Below are positions 36,575 through 49,356 of a stretch of 64,000 bases of DNA, one piece after another. The notes beneath the pieces are model-generated. The model ran no database searches. It worked only from the letters and a program-made list of their open reading frames with translations, and had not been told where the DNA came from. A program made the position numbers and the translations under genes. Within the stretch, counting starts at the first letter, position 1. Every line of letters begins with the position of its first letter. Source of the stretch: Fimicolochytrium jonesii (Eukaryota); the NCBI RefSeq assembly GCF_025526975.1, contig NW_026515669.1, positions 434,001 to 498,000 of the forward strand, given 5' to 3'.

Positions 36575-39500
36575 ATGGCACAACCAGATCTAAAACTCAT
36601 AACGACAGCACTCGCGGCCCCTCCGTTCTCCAGGACTTACAGCGTCATCCAGCTTCACGATGAAGTACCCGTCATTCAGCTCATGCAACTCATTGCAGAT
36701 GCAATGGCCGCCATTGATGAAGGCAGTCCGTTGAAAGGTGCGGCTCCGCTCGATATGCAGAACGAGGTGCCGGAGGAAGCCGTAGGGAAGATTGCAAACT
36801 TTCTCCTGCTTCTGAAGTGGAAGGATATCGGTGACATGTATGTAAGTGGCAAAGGAGTGGCTGGGCAATCGAGACGTCATGCCGACACTCATGTCTCTTT
36901 TCCATGAATGATTCAGAGAAACGTTATGTCAGAAACTATTAGACGGCGATCGCACGACCATCCTCCGGATCCTTCATTTCCTGCTAAAAGACCTCAACCT
37001 CCACAAAAAGCGCGCCTATCTGGCTCCTTTTCTCGGTGCAATTGATATTCCGGCCGAGTTCAGCCACGACCCAGCAACTGCAGAGCTACTCCGACAGGTG
37101 GAAGAGCTGCAGGAGCAGTTTAAGGAGGTTCATAAGACGGTGGATGGGATTAGGGGAGCGGGTGGGTAGTGCATGCACGCTTTGTTCTCCCATGGGTGGA
37201 TGTTAAAGGGGGCGGCATTATGATAGGAACAAATGCGGCGACTGTGAAGAAAGAGATCCAGCAACTGGAGGACGAAAAGCAGCAGGTGCACAGCAAAATC
37301 ACCAACCTGCGGAAGAGAGTTGAGGATATCGTGAGTATTCCTGAAGCATTCTCACATCATCGAGTGTCTTCATTCAGCCTCTAACTTTAGTAACCATTCC
37401 AGCCAGAACATGAGCAATGGCTGGATGCAGCGAAAAAGCTGCGGGTGGAACAGCAGGAGGACTACCAGATTGCTGAGAGGTACTGCTCGGGTAGTTATGC
37501 TCAGGGAGGGCACGGCCATTGACCCCGACCCGCAACCAACAGGATAAAAGAACAGAGAAGCCAGATCCAACAGGCCGAATCGCGCTTAGCACAGGCACAA
37601 CAGGAACTCAGAGATGCTAGGGTGCGTTGCCGTCGCGGACGAGACCTATGCAGGATAACGTCAGGCTGATGTGCTGGGCTCGTAGAATGCAGGAGCAAGC
37701 GGCGGGCCGGAAGCCCTGTTTGCCAAGATGGAAGAGGACAACAAGATGAACAAGTATCTAGCGACGGAGAATTTGCCAAAGGTGGGTCAAACCTGCCATG
37801 TCACCAGCGCCACAGATGGCGATCTCATCTCATCCCCACATCCAGCAACTGGAAGACGCCCGGCAGCACTACCAACAACTTCAAAAAGTCCTCACCGAAC
37901 CCACACTAGGTCCGCATGAACTAGGCGAACTGGAATCCGAAATCAAGAATTTGAACGAAACCATCGCTAAACTGGCCGAGCAACGGCTGGCAAAAACTAC
38001 GTATGTGGCTTAACTTGTGTTACATAAGTCAAGGGTACGGGACAAGCTAGATAGCTGACGAATATCTGACATTTGGGATTCCATAGCAAAGGCGACGATA
38101 AGCTGAGCCTGTTCCGCCAACAAGCCGCCATCATCCTTCGCAAGAAGGAAGGAACGACGGTGCGGTTGAGCGCTGTTACGGAGGAGGTCAACAAGCTAAC
38201 TGCAGAACTTGAGAAGAAGAAGGAGGCGTCCGAGGCCCAGGGGACCAAAGTAGGTGGTTTGGTTGACACATCAGAGCTTGAGTGACTGACGATACACATC
38301 CGACATGTAGATGCCAAAAGGAGAAGAGTTCAGAAAGTACGTAACGGATCTCCGCACAAAGTCGACAGTGTACAAGAAGAAGAAGGGGGATATATCCGCT
38401 ATCACGGCCGAGTTTGGGATCTTGCAGAGGACGGAGGAGGTAACTGCTGAAGTCAGAAACTCGGGTTGAAATCAGCTTTCCAATGCGCTGTCGAATCGTA
38501 TGACTACAGATCTTGATGAACAAGCAGAAAGGGATGGAAGACTCCCTCACAGCGCTTGAGAAACGGCATGGGGTTGCTGGGTATCACGCAGCGCAGGAGA
38601 CCTTAGAGAAGGTACGGCATCACATGCTCAAAGCGCATCCTTGATGTCTAGCTAACTGACTGTCCTTGCATGCATCGCAACTCAAAGGTATCCGAGCGCA
38701 AAGCAGAAGTCGACGAAGCCAAAGGTCGCACGCTCGAGGAGATATCGGCAATCATAACGAAGCTTACGAATGACATCAATGTATGCCTGGGCGCAATCTC
38801 TCATCGGGAACAGTTGCAACATTGGCGATGGCATTAATGCGCTGATATTGTTCCATGAATAGGACAAGAAGACCGTCTTGGCACCAGTGATACAGGAGCT
38901 CCGCACGCTCCGGCAAGAATCGCAAGAGCTGGAGAGCGACTACACGGAGAAGAAGCGGCTGTACGATGCTACCATGGTCGGGCTCGAGAGGTATTGAATC
39001 CCATCATCCTGCTTCCCCAACCCAAACCCGCTTCTAACACACCTCTCACCCCTCACACAGCGAATCCCACTCCCTCTCCACAACCCTCAAAACCCTCCAC
39101 TCCGACATCCACCTCACCACCTCGCGCTACCACTACCTGCACATGCACACCTCCCTCCTCGACACCTCGCTTGACCGCGTGATGCAGGAGATGAAATCGT
39201 ACATCGGCGGCGACGAGCAGCTCGAGCAGACGCAGAAACATCGCGGGTTTAAGACGTGGAGGGAGATGTATGGGAAGAGGGTTGCGGAGGGGGAGACGTT
39301 GGGAAGGGCGTTGAGAGAGCAGCAGAGGGAGGTTAAGGTATGGGGGTTGGATTTACGCGGTATGTTTGCTCATGATGGAATTGCTGATGATGCACGCGTT
39401 TCTCAGGCAAAGCATGAGCCAAACGTGAAGCAGCTGGCCATGTTTCAGGATATCAAGAAGCTATTGGCGTTGAAGATCGCGCACAACAAGAAGGTGCTGG

Positions 39501-39633
39501 GTGGAGAGTTCAAGAAGGATCAGCCTATGCGCCATGTAAGTTCCCGCCCCGCTATTTCGTCCTCATCGCAGCTTATATGCTAAAAGTTTTGGATTTGCCA
39601 TCACAGGTTACGCAAGACCGATTGGTGTTGTGA
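36575..39633 (+). CDS. IFT81: Intraflagellar transport protein 81 (IFT-B1), multi-exon
   Basis: N-terminal CH-like domain ([10 protein letters not shown]), [68 protein letters not shown]-terminus QDRLVL-stop. Confidence 0.9.
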
Positions 39634-39847
39634 TTGATTCAGTTCATAGATTGATTCGGTGACTGCCAAGTTGAGTTCTGCTCAACGTCAGACGATGGGT
39701 TCATAAGATCTTCACGTTCGATGTGAAGCTCGGACTAGACCCAAGTTCCGCTGTCTCTGGATGCCAACATACGACGAGTAGTCGCAAAGATGTGTCTATA
39801 TAATTACATATGCAATGAAAGGCAAACAAACAGACCGTTCCACGAAA

Positions 39848-41552
39848 TCAACTCGATTTCTGTCGTAGCTTTGCCTCTCTATTGTTCTTCCCCTTCGGCG
39901 AATGCCCGACCTTCTCCTGCTTTTTTAAGCTCGTCCGCAGAGGGCTCTTGGCCCGCGGAGACGTAGTCCCGCTACTTGAACCCATACCAAACCTCACGAT
40001 CGCATAAACAGCCAACAACGCCGCAAATGCCGCCCACGCCGCCTTGACTCTCCTCGGCATCGGGGTATGGAACTCTCCCTGGCTGAACTTGACGACGATC
40101 AGCAGTTCCGTGAAGATGTTGGCGATGGCCATCCACGCATGCATGCCTAATCGTTTGCAGCGGCGGTCGGACATGAATTGGAAGGCTTCGCGCGTTGCGG
40201 GCAGGGCCATGAAGAAGTAGTAGATCAGGCGCCAGACGTTGATTGGGTGAGCTGGCGGCAGCCAGAGAAGGTACTTGAGATAGAAGGCGTTCATTTCGGA
40301 TTGAAGAATCTAGGTGAGGTACGCATGTCAGTTTTGCGTGGATGTAACCGCTGACACGAAGAGTCACGTACAATGTAGAGGAGTCCGATGACAGCCAAGA
40401 AGTTCTTGAAGGTAGTAGTCCCCTCCCAATTGAATTCAGTCCAGCTATGTGGTGTGAACTGCTGCATCGCTCTCGCGACTTTCCCGCGATACGTAGGGAT
40501 GTCGTTGACCCCACGCCACGAATACTGTTTCATCGCAAAGTACTGGCACGTCTTCATCCCCAAAATGATTCCGATCCAGTTTGCGAGCAAAACATCCAAA
40601 ATCCACTAGGCTCGCGAAGTTGCGTCAGTTTATGCACCGATTCCAGTCGAGCTTCCAAAGCCATATTCCTACATGATCCCACCAGCACTCGGCGAAGTTG
40701 GGCAGCTGATGCTCGAAAGTGTACTCCAAAAACTCAAACATGACCGAAAGAATCCAACAGAACCAGTAGTCCCGCAACACGATGGCCTTGCAATACCACC
40801 CCAGCGCATGGGCAAGAACAAAGATGTCTAATTGATCCCACATGGACGCAGGTGACAACGAGCAGTCCTCCGCGTACGATTTGTCCGGCAACGGCACTCC
40901 CAATGACGGATCGAACTCTTTCAGAAGGGCGCGCATCGTGTGTTTGTTCTGAAAGGCGACAAAGACGAGGATGATCTGGTAGACGACGCTGAGGGAAAGG
41001 ACGATACGCCAGAAAGCTGGATGCGGTCGCACGAAGGGACCATCGCGAAACTGCAGCATGCCGATGAGTAGGAATATCCCGACGCATGTCGCTAATCCAC
41101 TGTGCAGGAAGGCTATTGAGTCAGTCTTTAGGGCGATATAGCCACAGCAAGCCGAAGGAGCTAAACATACACTTTGGTGTTGTCACCTCCGATGACGACA
41201 TCATCGCCGTTCGCAACGAATAGCGCGAGATATACGAGCACTACGAGCATTACAATAAGCTGTGGTGATTCAAGTCCATCAGATTGCTTCCACCCCGTTG
41301 CCCGGATGACCTTCCCCGCATACTTCGTCCGCAAACACTCACCAAACGAATTGTCCTGGGCTTGTAAAAGAAAGCCACCGAAGGGTCAATTTTGTCACTG
41401 AACTCATATTCCCAGGCCTCGCGCAGGTTCATCTTCGGCGCAGCCGGAGCAAGCAGCTCAGAGTCCGACACTGAGCCGGACAAGTCTTCGCCGACCAGAG
41501 CATCGTACACGTGAGGGGGCACTACCGTGCCGAGGGACCGCCGGGTGGACAT
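39848..41552 (-). CDS. PTDSS: Phosphatidylserine synthase, serine base-exchange type (PTDSS1/2 family), multi-exon
   Basis: FFYKPRTI, LQFRDGPFVRPHPAFWR, DIFVLAHALGW, SVMFEFLEYTFEHQLPNFAECWWDH, QFTPHSW, NAFYLKYLLWLPPAHP. Confidence 0.92.
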
Positions 41553-42070
41553 TGGGTATGCGATGCCGCCGTCGGACTTTATATGGCCGAAGGAGGTTGA
41601 AGCGGATGCCTTCGTCGGTTTTCTTTGGTATTCAAAGACCAGCGAGCGTCCTGCGCTTTTGCGGCCCGTGGGAAAAGGCACAAGCCGAAGGTGGAATGGC
41701 ACGATGGTCGATGGCGATCAGCTACAGCAATGGGAGCCTTTGGAGGGGATAAAAATTGACGGCCGAAAACTCAAAAAAGGAAACAACACGTTCTTCGCCC
41801 GTGAGTGATCGTTACTAACGGACGTTTCAAACTTCAAACTACGTTAACAGCGCAAGACCGAAGCGCATGAGAGCGCTTATTGGATCAAAATTGGCCATGT
41901 TGTTATTCAGAAAGGCTAGTTAAGATATATGGGGGGTGCGAGGGTGCAGTGAGGATGGTAAACAGATCAGCGAGGTAACCTAAACTACAGTGTTGTCGGG
42001 AAGGAAGGGGTGGCGGTACGGCGGGTATATCGAGTGTATTTCTCCATCCAAAAACTCCTCACTCCATCGT

Positions 42071-42532
42071 TTATAACTTCTTTCCCCACTGCTTGGTCTT
42101 GTCGTTCACGTCCTCAGCGCCCCTCTTTGTTCCAATCGCGGCATCTTCGGCAGTTCTCTTAACGTTCCTTCCAGCACGTTCAGCGGTCTGGGAAGCGGTG
42201 TACGAGGCGTTTTCGGAGGTAGGCTTGCGCTCGACATCCCGGGCAGCAGACTCGGTAGCTTGGGCAACCTTCTGTCCGGTGCCGCCAATTGCGCCGTCGG
42301 TGGTGAATTGCTTGCCGATGGCGCCGTCACGAGTGAAAGGTCCGCCGACGGCTTCTGCCGTGGAGCCAACTGATCCTTGCGGGGTGAACTTCTGGCCGAT
42401 CTTGCCGTCCTCCTTAAAGGCTTGCGCGGCTTTCTTGACGGCCTCGGCAGCCGCCTTGATGGGGTTGCTCGACGAGTTGTTGAGGACTTGGCGGGAGGTG
42501 GAGAAGAGACGGGTGGGCATACGGGAGGCCAT
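42071..42532 (-). CDS. Hydrophilic LEA-like protein with a probable mitochondrial presequence (153 aa)
   Basis: MASRMPTRLFSTSR presequence; repeated F..DG.IG motif (FKEDGKIG, FTPQGSVG, FTRDGAIG, FTTDGAIG); 11-mer AED/AERA repeats in the tail. Confidence 0.7.
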   Translation of the reverse strand: MASRMPTRLFSTSRQVLNNSSSNPIKAAAEAVKKAAQAFKEDGKIGQKFTPQGSVGSTAEAVGGPFTRDGAIGKQFTTDGAIGGTGQKVAQATESAARDVERKPTSENASYTASQTAERAGRNVKRTAEDAAIGTKRGAEDVNDKTKQWGKKL

Positions 42533-43263
42533 TGTTGCGGTTGGTTGTTGTTAAAGAGGTTGGTGGTTGGTGGGTTTGTAGAAGCCTTTGTTTTGTTTGC
42601 GAGTTGCGAATGAGGATTTCGTTGGTTTCGGATTGCGAAGAGGTCGAGGGACTCGAAAACTCGACCCGTCTTTTATGCCATCATTCGCAAGGAGAGCGCA
42701 TTGCGAAAGGGACTATTCCCCCGCCTGTGGCTGCACCTGCATGCATGGGGTGTCCTGCGCCCCTTCTCGAATTATACCATGCCATGCATCATCGTGGTGC
42801 GTTGCTGCATGATGCAAGCCGCGAGCATTCATTTATATGGGCTCCGGTCTCGGTTTCGATGACGGAAACAAAGCCGGAAAAGCCCTGGGAATGCAGCGAG
42901 TCATCAGTCCACGACGAAGCGACCGAGGTGATGTCACTGAAATTCGAGACTGCGCAGGCGTGTGGCTTCGCCATGCCGTCAGTTCTCTGTCCTGTCAGTG
43001 AGTCAACAAGTGACAGGAACGCGCTGTCGAGTTTTAGCTTTTTGACAAGACCCCAGGTGTTGGCCCACACAGGGCGAACCTTCTTTCCTCTCTCCCTCGC
43101 CTGCTACGGACTAGCATACTGTTACATAGTCGACATTTGTTCTTCTCACCTACCCGGTGCTGTTTTTCCTGAAAGGCGAGCGTTGTTGATTTTCAGAACA
43201 GAATCGAGAACGTTCACATTGGCATCAAACTTCTTACCGTCAACCTTAACAACTACCACCACC

Positions 43264-45282
43264 ATGCTATCTCTGAGGAAGCAGAAATCCGTCCGCTCCA
43301 TCAAATCCTTCATGCGAAACAGCACCGAGTTCGCAGAAGGTGGCGAGATCGCCTCGTCCAACAATAGCATCTCGCGCTACAACACCGACAGAGGCTACTC
43401 AAACGAACCCCAGCTCAGAGCCCTCCATCTCCCCGGCTCAGTCCACTGCAGCGACGCCATTTCCGCTGGAATATGGAGCTGGATTCATTCGAGCGCTAGT
43501 GGGTTCGTAGACCCGGATACTCTACATGTCGCTGCGGCCCATACCCGTCTGTTTGCCACGGACGGGACGCCCCTTGAGGTGCCTTTCCACATTGTGTCGC
43601 TTGGAGATGAGATTGAGGATGGACATTGGAAGGGATTGGCTGGTGCGCGTCCGCTGCCTGGGCTGACGAGACCCAATATGTCGCGCGTTGCCAGCACTTA
43701 CGAGAATGCTACTCCGGGATCGAGTCTGCGGGCTGGTGGGAAAGTGACCCGTCGACCTGTCGGCGGCGTGTTTCATGAGGCTGATGCCGGGCCGGCTGGG
43801 GGAAAAGTTCGAAGGATGTATTTGCAGTTTGACGGACTCCGTCTTAAGAGCAGCACCAACGGTATGATTGCCCACAAACGTATTGAGGCATCAGCCTTTG
43901 GCCGCGCAATGAAACTAACATTCGCAGAAATGCTCGACACCCACAGCTCAAGCGGTGATTTGCCGCGTTCAATGTGGAAACCAGCGACCATGCACCCAGA
44001 TCATCTACTTGCGAAAGGAGGCTAGCAAAGGGTTTGGGCTCGTAGCAAACCCGAAAGAAGGTTTCATCTTGTGAGTAGACTAATGCATCGCCTTGTTTTT
44101 TTCATCCGCTTCCGTCTTCTAAGAAACCTTCATCCCAGCGATATCGACGAGCACGAACCACGCGTCTTAATCCGCATCCACGCCACCCCCGTTGGCGCGA
44201 CTCGCACCTCCCTAGACGGCCTCTCCTCGTCCCCTTCCTTCGAGCACCTCGCCTCTCCCGTAAGCGACCGCCCACGCCTCAACAACCTCCTCTCCGGCCT
44301 TCGCCGCTCTCCCACCAGCAATTCCTCCTTCCGCTTCAACAACGACGCATTTTACAACAGCGGGATGTCCACCCCGACGCGCGTTCTGCCTAGCAATGCG
44401 ACTGTGGAAGCCGGTCCGCTGTTGGGGGAGATTATATTTACGGTGCCGGAACATGCTGCGTATAATCATTCGAAGGTTGCTGGGGAGTATACGGTTATGT
44501 CGGCGAATGCAAAGAAGGAGATTGCGAAGTTGTCGTTGCAGTTGGGAACGTTTTTGGATGAGGAGTATGTTCCGGAGCCTGAGGTGTGTATGCGGCTGTG
44601 ATGTGGTCCGTCTTTGGACTGTGCTCGATGCCTAACATCGTATATTATTCAAAGCCGGAACCCATCCCTCTCGAACCTGATTTTGGAGACTACCTTAACT
44701 TCATGATCCACACCGCTGGTGTTTCGGTAAGCTCACCAAATCCATCATCGTCCATTTTCCGTCAGGATCCTATCTCTCAACGTTGATGCTACAGGTGTGG
44801 CGCAAGTACTGGTGTGTCCTGGCCGACCGCGAGCTCTGCGTGTATGATTTTGAGTACCGGGATGTATGTTCTGAGTGCACCCCTCAATGCGATGACCGCG
44901 ACCCACGCAAACTGATACCTCTGTCACGCCCACTCAGATCAAACCCATCTCGCGCCTCCCTCTCTCCTCCATCTCCCAAGTCCACCCGGCCGACGCCGAA
45001 TTCATCATGGCCCCATACTGCATCGAACTCACCCTCACCCCGCAACACACCTCCCACGACACCCTCCCCGACTGGACCGCCCGTGTCATCGACGACAAAC
45101 CCGGCTCGCGCGACGCGGTGGTGTATGCTACGGCCGAGTCGCACGAGGCCATGATTGGGTGGATGGATCGCATTGCGAGGTGTAAAGCGCGGTTGGCGGG
45201 TGCGGGCACGCCGGTGCCGCCGCCGAGGAAGGGGGGCGTGCAGAAGATGGAGAGGAGGAAACCGGTTGCTTCGATGGCTTGA
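43264..45282 (+). CDS. C2-like + PH domain protein (possibly Bud4/anillin-like), multi-exon
   Basis: Spliced frame RMYLQFDGL / AQAVICRVQCG / EGFIFDIDEHEP / EIAKLSLQLG, then PH GDYLNF...VWRKYWCVL..RELCVYD...YATAESHEAMIGWMDRI. Confidence 0.6.
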
Positions 45283-46208
45283 GGTGGTGGAGATTTTTGG
45301 AAAATGGATGGAGGAGTTTCTGATGACTTTCGGGAGATTCTCGTGAAACTCTCACTTTTTGTAAGCAATGATTGTTGCCCCGCACATACACATATACACA
45401 CAGTCGCTCATGTCCAAAAAAAAAGTATATCCAAAGATTGCCTCTTGTTATCCGATCTGGTCTGAAATGATGGAAATACAGTACTACGTAGTACGTACAG
45501 ATAAGCCCGTACGGGCGGGTCCTCGGAGAATCGCACGGCTTCACGTCACGTGTTAGCACAAAGTACTGTACTGTAGGGCTGACTGTAGGCCGCCGAGTAG
45601 GCCGCCGATGCCGCCGCCACCTCGCTTTGCGATCCGAGGTCGCAGCGGCCTTCACGTTCTCAGCTCAAACGGCTCAAAGTCTTGAAGATCATAACGAATG
45701 AATGATCACGTGAGCATACACCCAGTCGGAAGACTCGGAACTCCCGGAGAAGTGGACGGCGGCCCCCCTTGGAAAGCCTAAAACCCTGTCAGTTCTACAC
45801 CCAGAGTGTGTGCATAGTATTAGGTAAGGTGCCAAAACTTGGGCTCAACGCGCGTACACGAAATCTTTTCCCGACGGCTTCCAAGAGAGCAGAAGTCACC
45901 GGCCATGCGAGTCTGGGGAATAAAGTTTTGGCCGCGACCTGTCCTGTAACTAATACTGTACTAATCTTCAAGGCAGGAAGGCCGGAACTGGCAGCCGGCC
46001 GGTGACTTCTGCGTTGCAGACGGAGGCTCAACAACCAACCCGTCGTAAGTTGTAACGAGAGATCTGGCAGCCTCCTGGAAAGAGTCCTACTGTAGGACTA
46101 CTATAATAGAGCCGCTCCGATGTAAAGCAATAAAAGGCGGTTAGGCTTTCTCCCCGCTCCAGCCTGGGCCATCGCATCGCTCGCCTACGCCGACGACACA
46201 GTATCAAG

Positions 46209-48219
46209 ATGCCGGCCATCCACTGTCTCATCTACGGCGAGGACGGCAGCCGTGCGTTCTCGGTCGACGTCCCCGACTCAAGCAACGGCTTCACCGTCGC
46301 CCAACTGCGTCGTCTCGTCCTATCGCAACTCCCTGCAAGACATTCGCAGCAATTTGGGGTGCGTTACCTGAACGTGTCGGTGTAGCTAGCAATATACGAT
46401 CACCGACTCACCAACTCTTGTCTGATAGGTCGCGGATATCGTGCTGTACCGAGTGGACGAAGAATCTGCTCTGTACCCCACCGATCCCAGGTTGGGGCAG
46501 GTCCACGACCCTATTTCCCCGATTGACACCGCTTTCCGAGTTTTTCGGTTAGACGATCCTCTGGCCGAGATCTGGGATGTGTTGTCCGAAGAAAAAGCCC
46601 ACGGCAAAGCGCGCCTAGATATCCTGGTTGACCTGCCCAAGGACATTGCTGAACATCAATCCGGACCTCCACTCCGCCCTTCCTCGGTCATAGACCCCGC
46701 TTTTCCTCCGTCATACACCGTGGTGGAACGGGCTTTGCGGGAAGAAGTTAATGTACCATTGGGAAAGGACGTGCGGGCCTTATCTCCTGCCTCTCCGACG
46801 AATCACTCCTTCTACGAGTCCGACTTCATGGAAGAGAATTCACAACCTCGCACAGGAAATCCTGTGGCTGCTCCACTTTTGGCTGCTCCATTTTTGGCTA
46901 GCCGAAAAGCAAGTCAATACCATCCGGTCCCGTCCAAATCCTCTCATCAGCAACCGAAGACCGGATTGTGGCAGGCAAAGACTCAACCCGTTCACAACTA
47001 TGAGCACACCGCACCGACGCAATCTCGCCCTGTCTACAACGCTACTTCCGCTCCAGCACTCCCAGGTCCTCTCTTCTCAATTTCCACCGTGGACAAAGAT
47101 GGAAAGCAGTTCTCCCCTGACGTGGAAGCGACGAACAAGAAGTCATCGGCAATGACTACGGGTGCGTGCGTTCCGCCTGCCGCCCTCTGGCAGTCCAAGA
47201 AACGTCGATACATTCTTATTGGGGCCATTCTTGCTCTGCTCGCGATCGTTAGCGGGAGTGCAGTGGGTGTCGTCCTGAGCAAAAAGCAAAATCAAGTTCC
47301 TTCTTCTACAACTCCTACTCCTACCTCGGCCGCCTCCGCACCCAGGGTTGTCCAAAGCCTTCAAAATCACACCGCCGCCATAGCCAGTATCGTCTTATCG
47401 CCCGACGGGAAATATCTTTTTAGTGGTGCGTTGGACGACACCATCATACAATGGGACATCTCCACGGCCAATCCTGTCCGTAGATTCGTGGGCCATCGCG
47501 ACGGGGTGCTCGATATCATTCTGTCGAAGGATGGTCAGCAATTGTTTTCGGCGGGCCGGGACAGGTCTGTTTTGCAGTGGGATGTTGTCACTGGTGAGGT
47601 CCGCCGAAACTTTACGGAGCATACCAGATGGATTCACAGGCTGGTTCTATCGCCGGATGAAACCCAAGTATTCAGCGGTGACGACGACAATGTGATCATA
47701 CAATGGACCATTTCCACCGGCGCTCGCCTCCGCACCCTCAGAGGGCATACAGACTCAATAGTCTCCCTTGCCGTAGCGGCTGATGGCAAATCGGTGTTCA
47801 GCGGCTCATTGGACTATACCGTCCGGCAGTGGGATATCTCCAATGGCACCCTTCTGCGCACTATCCCGGCCCATACTGGTGCGGTGCGTGGTCTTGCAGT
47901 AACAGCCAACAATCAGTACCTCTACAGCGGAAGCAACGACACCACGATCAAGCAGTGGGAAATTGCTACCGGCAGACTTGTGAACACCTTAACAGGCCTC
48001 TCTCACTCGATGAATGAAATGGCTCTGTCACCTTCGGAGAAGTACCTGTACAGCGGCGGTGAAGACAAGCTTGTCAAGCAGTGGGACCTCTCTTCAGGGA
48101 CGCTGGTCCGCGATATCCCAGGTAGCGGCCGTCCGATACATGCTGTTGCTGTATCACCTGACGGCACCCAGCTGTTCGCTGGAGGTTTAGACCGCGTCAT
48201 AACACAGTGGGCATTGTGA
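46209..48219 (+). CDS. Crinkler-like N-terminal domain + single transmembrane helix + 7 WD40 repeats (646 aa; intron 46359-46428)
   Basis: MPAIHCLIYGE...AFSVDV...TVAQLRRLV...DIVLYRV...LDILVDLP. KKRR is followed by hydrophobic YILIGAILALLAIVSGSAVGVVL, then seven 42-aa repeats H...SPDG..LFSG..D....QWD. Confidence 0.85.
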
Positions 48220-49356
48220 GGAACTCCGCCGCCTGGGGCAGAGGATACTTGTTGGGGCTATATCTAGTCGAGAGGGCATCCGGAAACCTGAATGACCTGG
48301 CTCGGATTTCTTGGACCCGGAAACGTAGTCCAGTAGAACCCATATACCGTAGACCGGCGTAGACATTCCTCCGCTTCATTCCGATCCCTCTTCATGTATT
48401 TTTTCTAACATCCATGCCTTTGCTTCTGTACGCGTAGTAAATTCCTCTTACGACGGTTCTGTCCGCGATATCGCACTACGACCCAAACCTCTCGTACTAG
48501 AACCGTCCGATTACCGGCTTCAATAATAAACCATACCTAAGCCCCGGCATGAATGAAACCCTGCGTACGTGCCAATTCATTATTCGCAATTTTCACATAG
48601 TATATGTTTCTCGCACCGATGTTAGCTCCCGCGGTCGACTCATCTGATATATTCATCGGACGGTACTTGTGCTCTGATGCTCCCTCCCGTCAAAAGGGCC
48701 CGACATCTCGACCGCAATTTATCTCCGCACAAGGCGGCAAATCATGTGGCAGGGTACGACACATGCAGGACGGCTGTGTGAGGTCTTGGCGGGAAGAGAG
48801 TTGGAAGCCGGCGTGGTAATGGGTCCTTGAGGTATTACTATGAAATGAATATTGAGAACATCCCTAGTCCTTCCGGCCTGCGCTGCACCTGTGATTCATG
48901 ATGAAGGGAACGCCAAGAGTAAAACCTGTCGGTCTTGGATTGCGTTTCGTCCTTAAGGCATCAATATCAAGGAAATATTGAGAACGCTACAATTCTTCTT
49001 TCAGCCTGACTTGCATTCCGTCTTTGCGACGGGGAGCAAGGAGCGTAGGTCCTGTCAAACGGTTTGGCATTGTAATTCGTCTGCCAGGCAGCAAGTCTAG
49101 AGCACATCTCCTCGCTCGCTGTGCCCTCTAACTAATCCTGTGTCGAGATCAGATGCGCTCGCTTTGCTCCCATATTTCCTTCTCCCAGGACTCCCACATG
49201 GCATGTGAAACCTGTCAGTTGCTGTCGGAGTTCAACCAAAATGACAGCTTTTCGCGTTCCTACAAACCTGAAGGATAATAACAGCAAGCACATCCTGCAT
49301 GTTGGGGATATTAAGAGGTTTCACCGAGCTTCCTTTTCATCGGTGCAGAACTCGCA

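Noticed and set aside
42532..43263. First 244 aa of the 497-aa ORF 42532-44025
   Set aside because: It starts at TTG and spans the divergent promoter of the LEA-like gene. The credible start is ACCATG at 43264.
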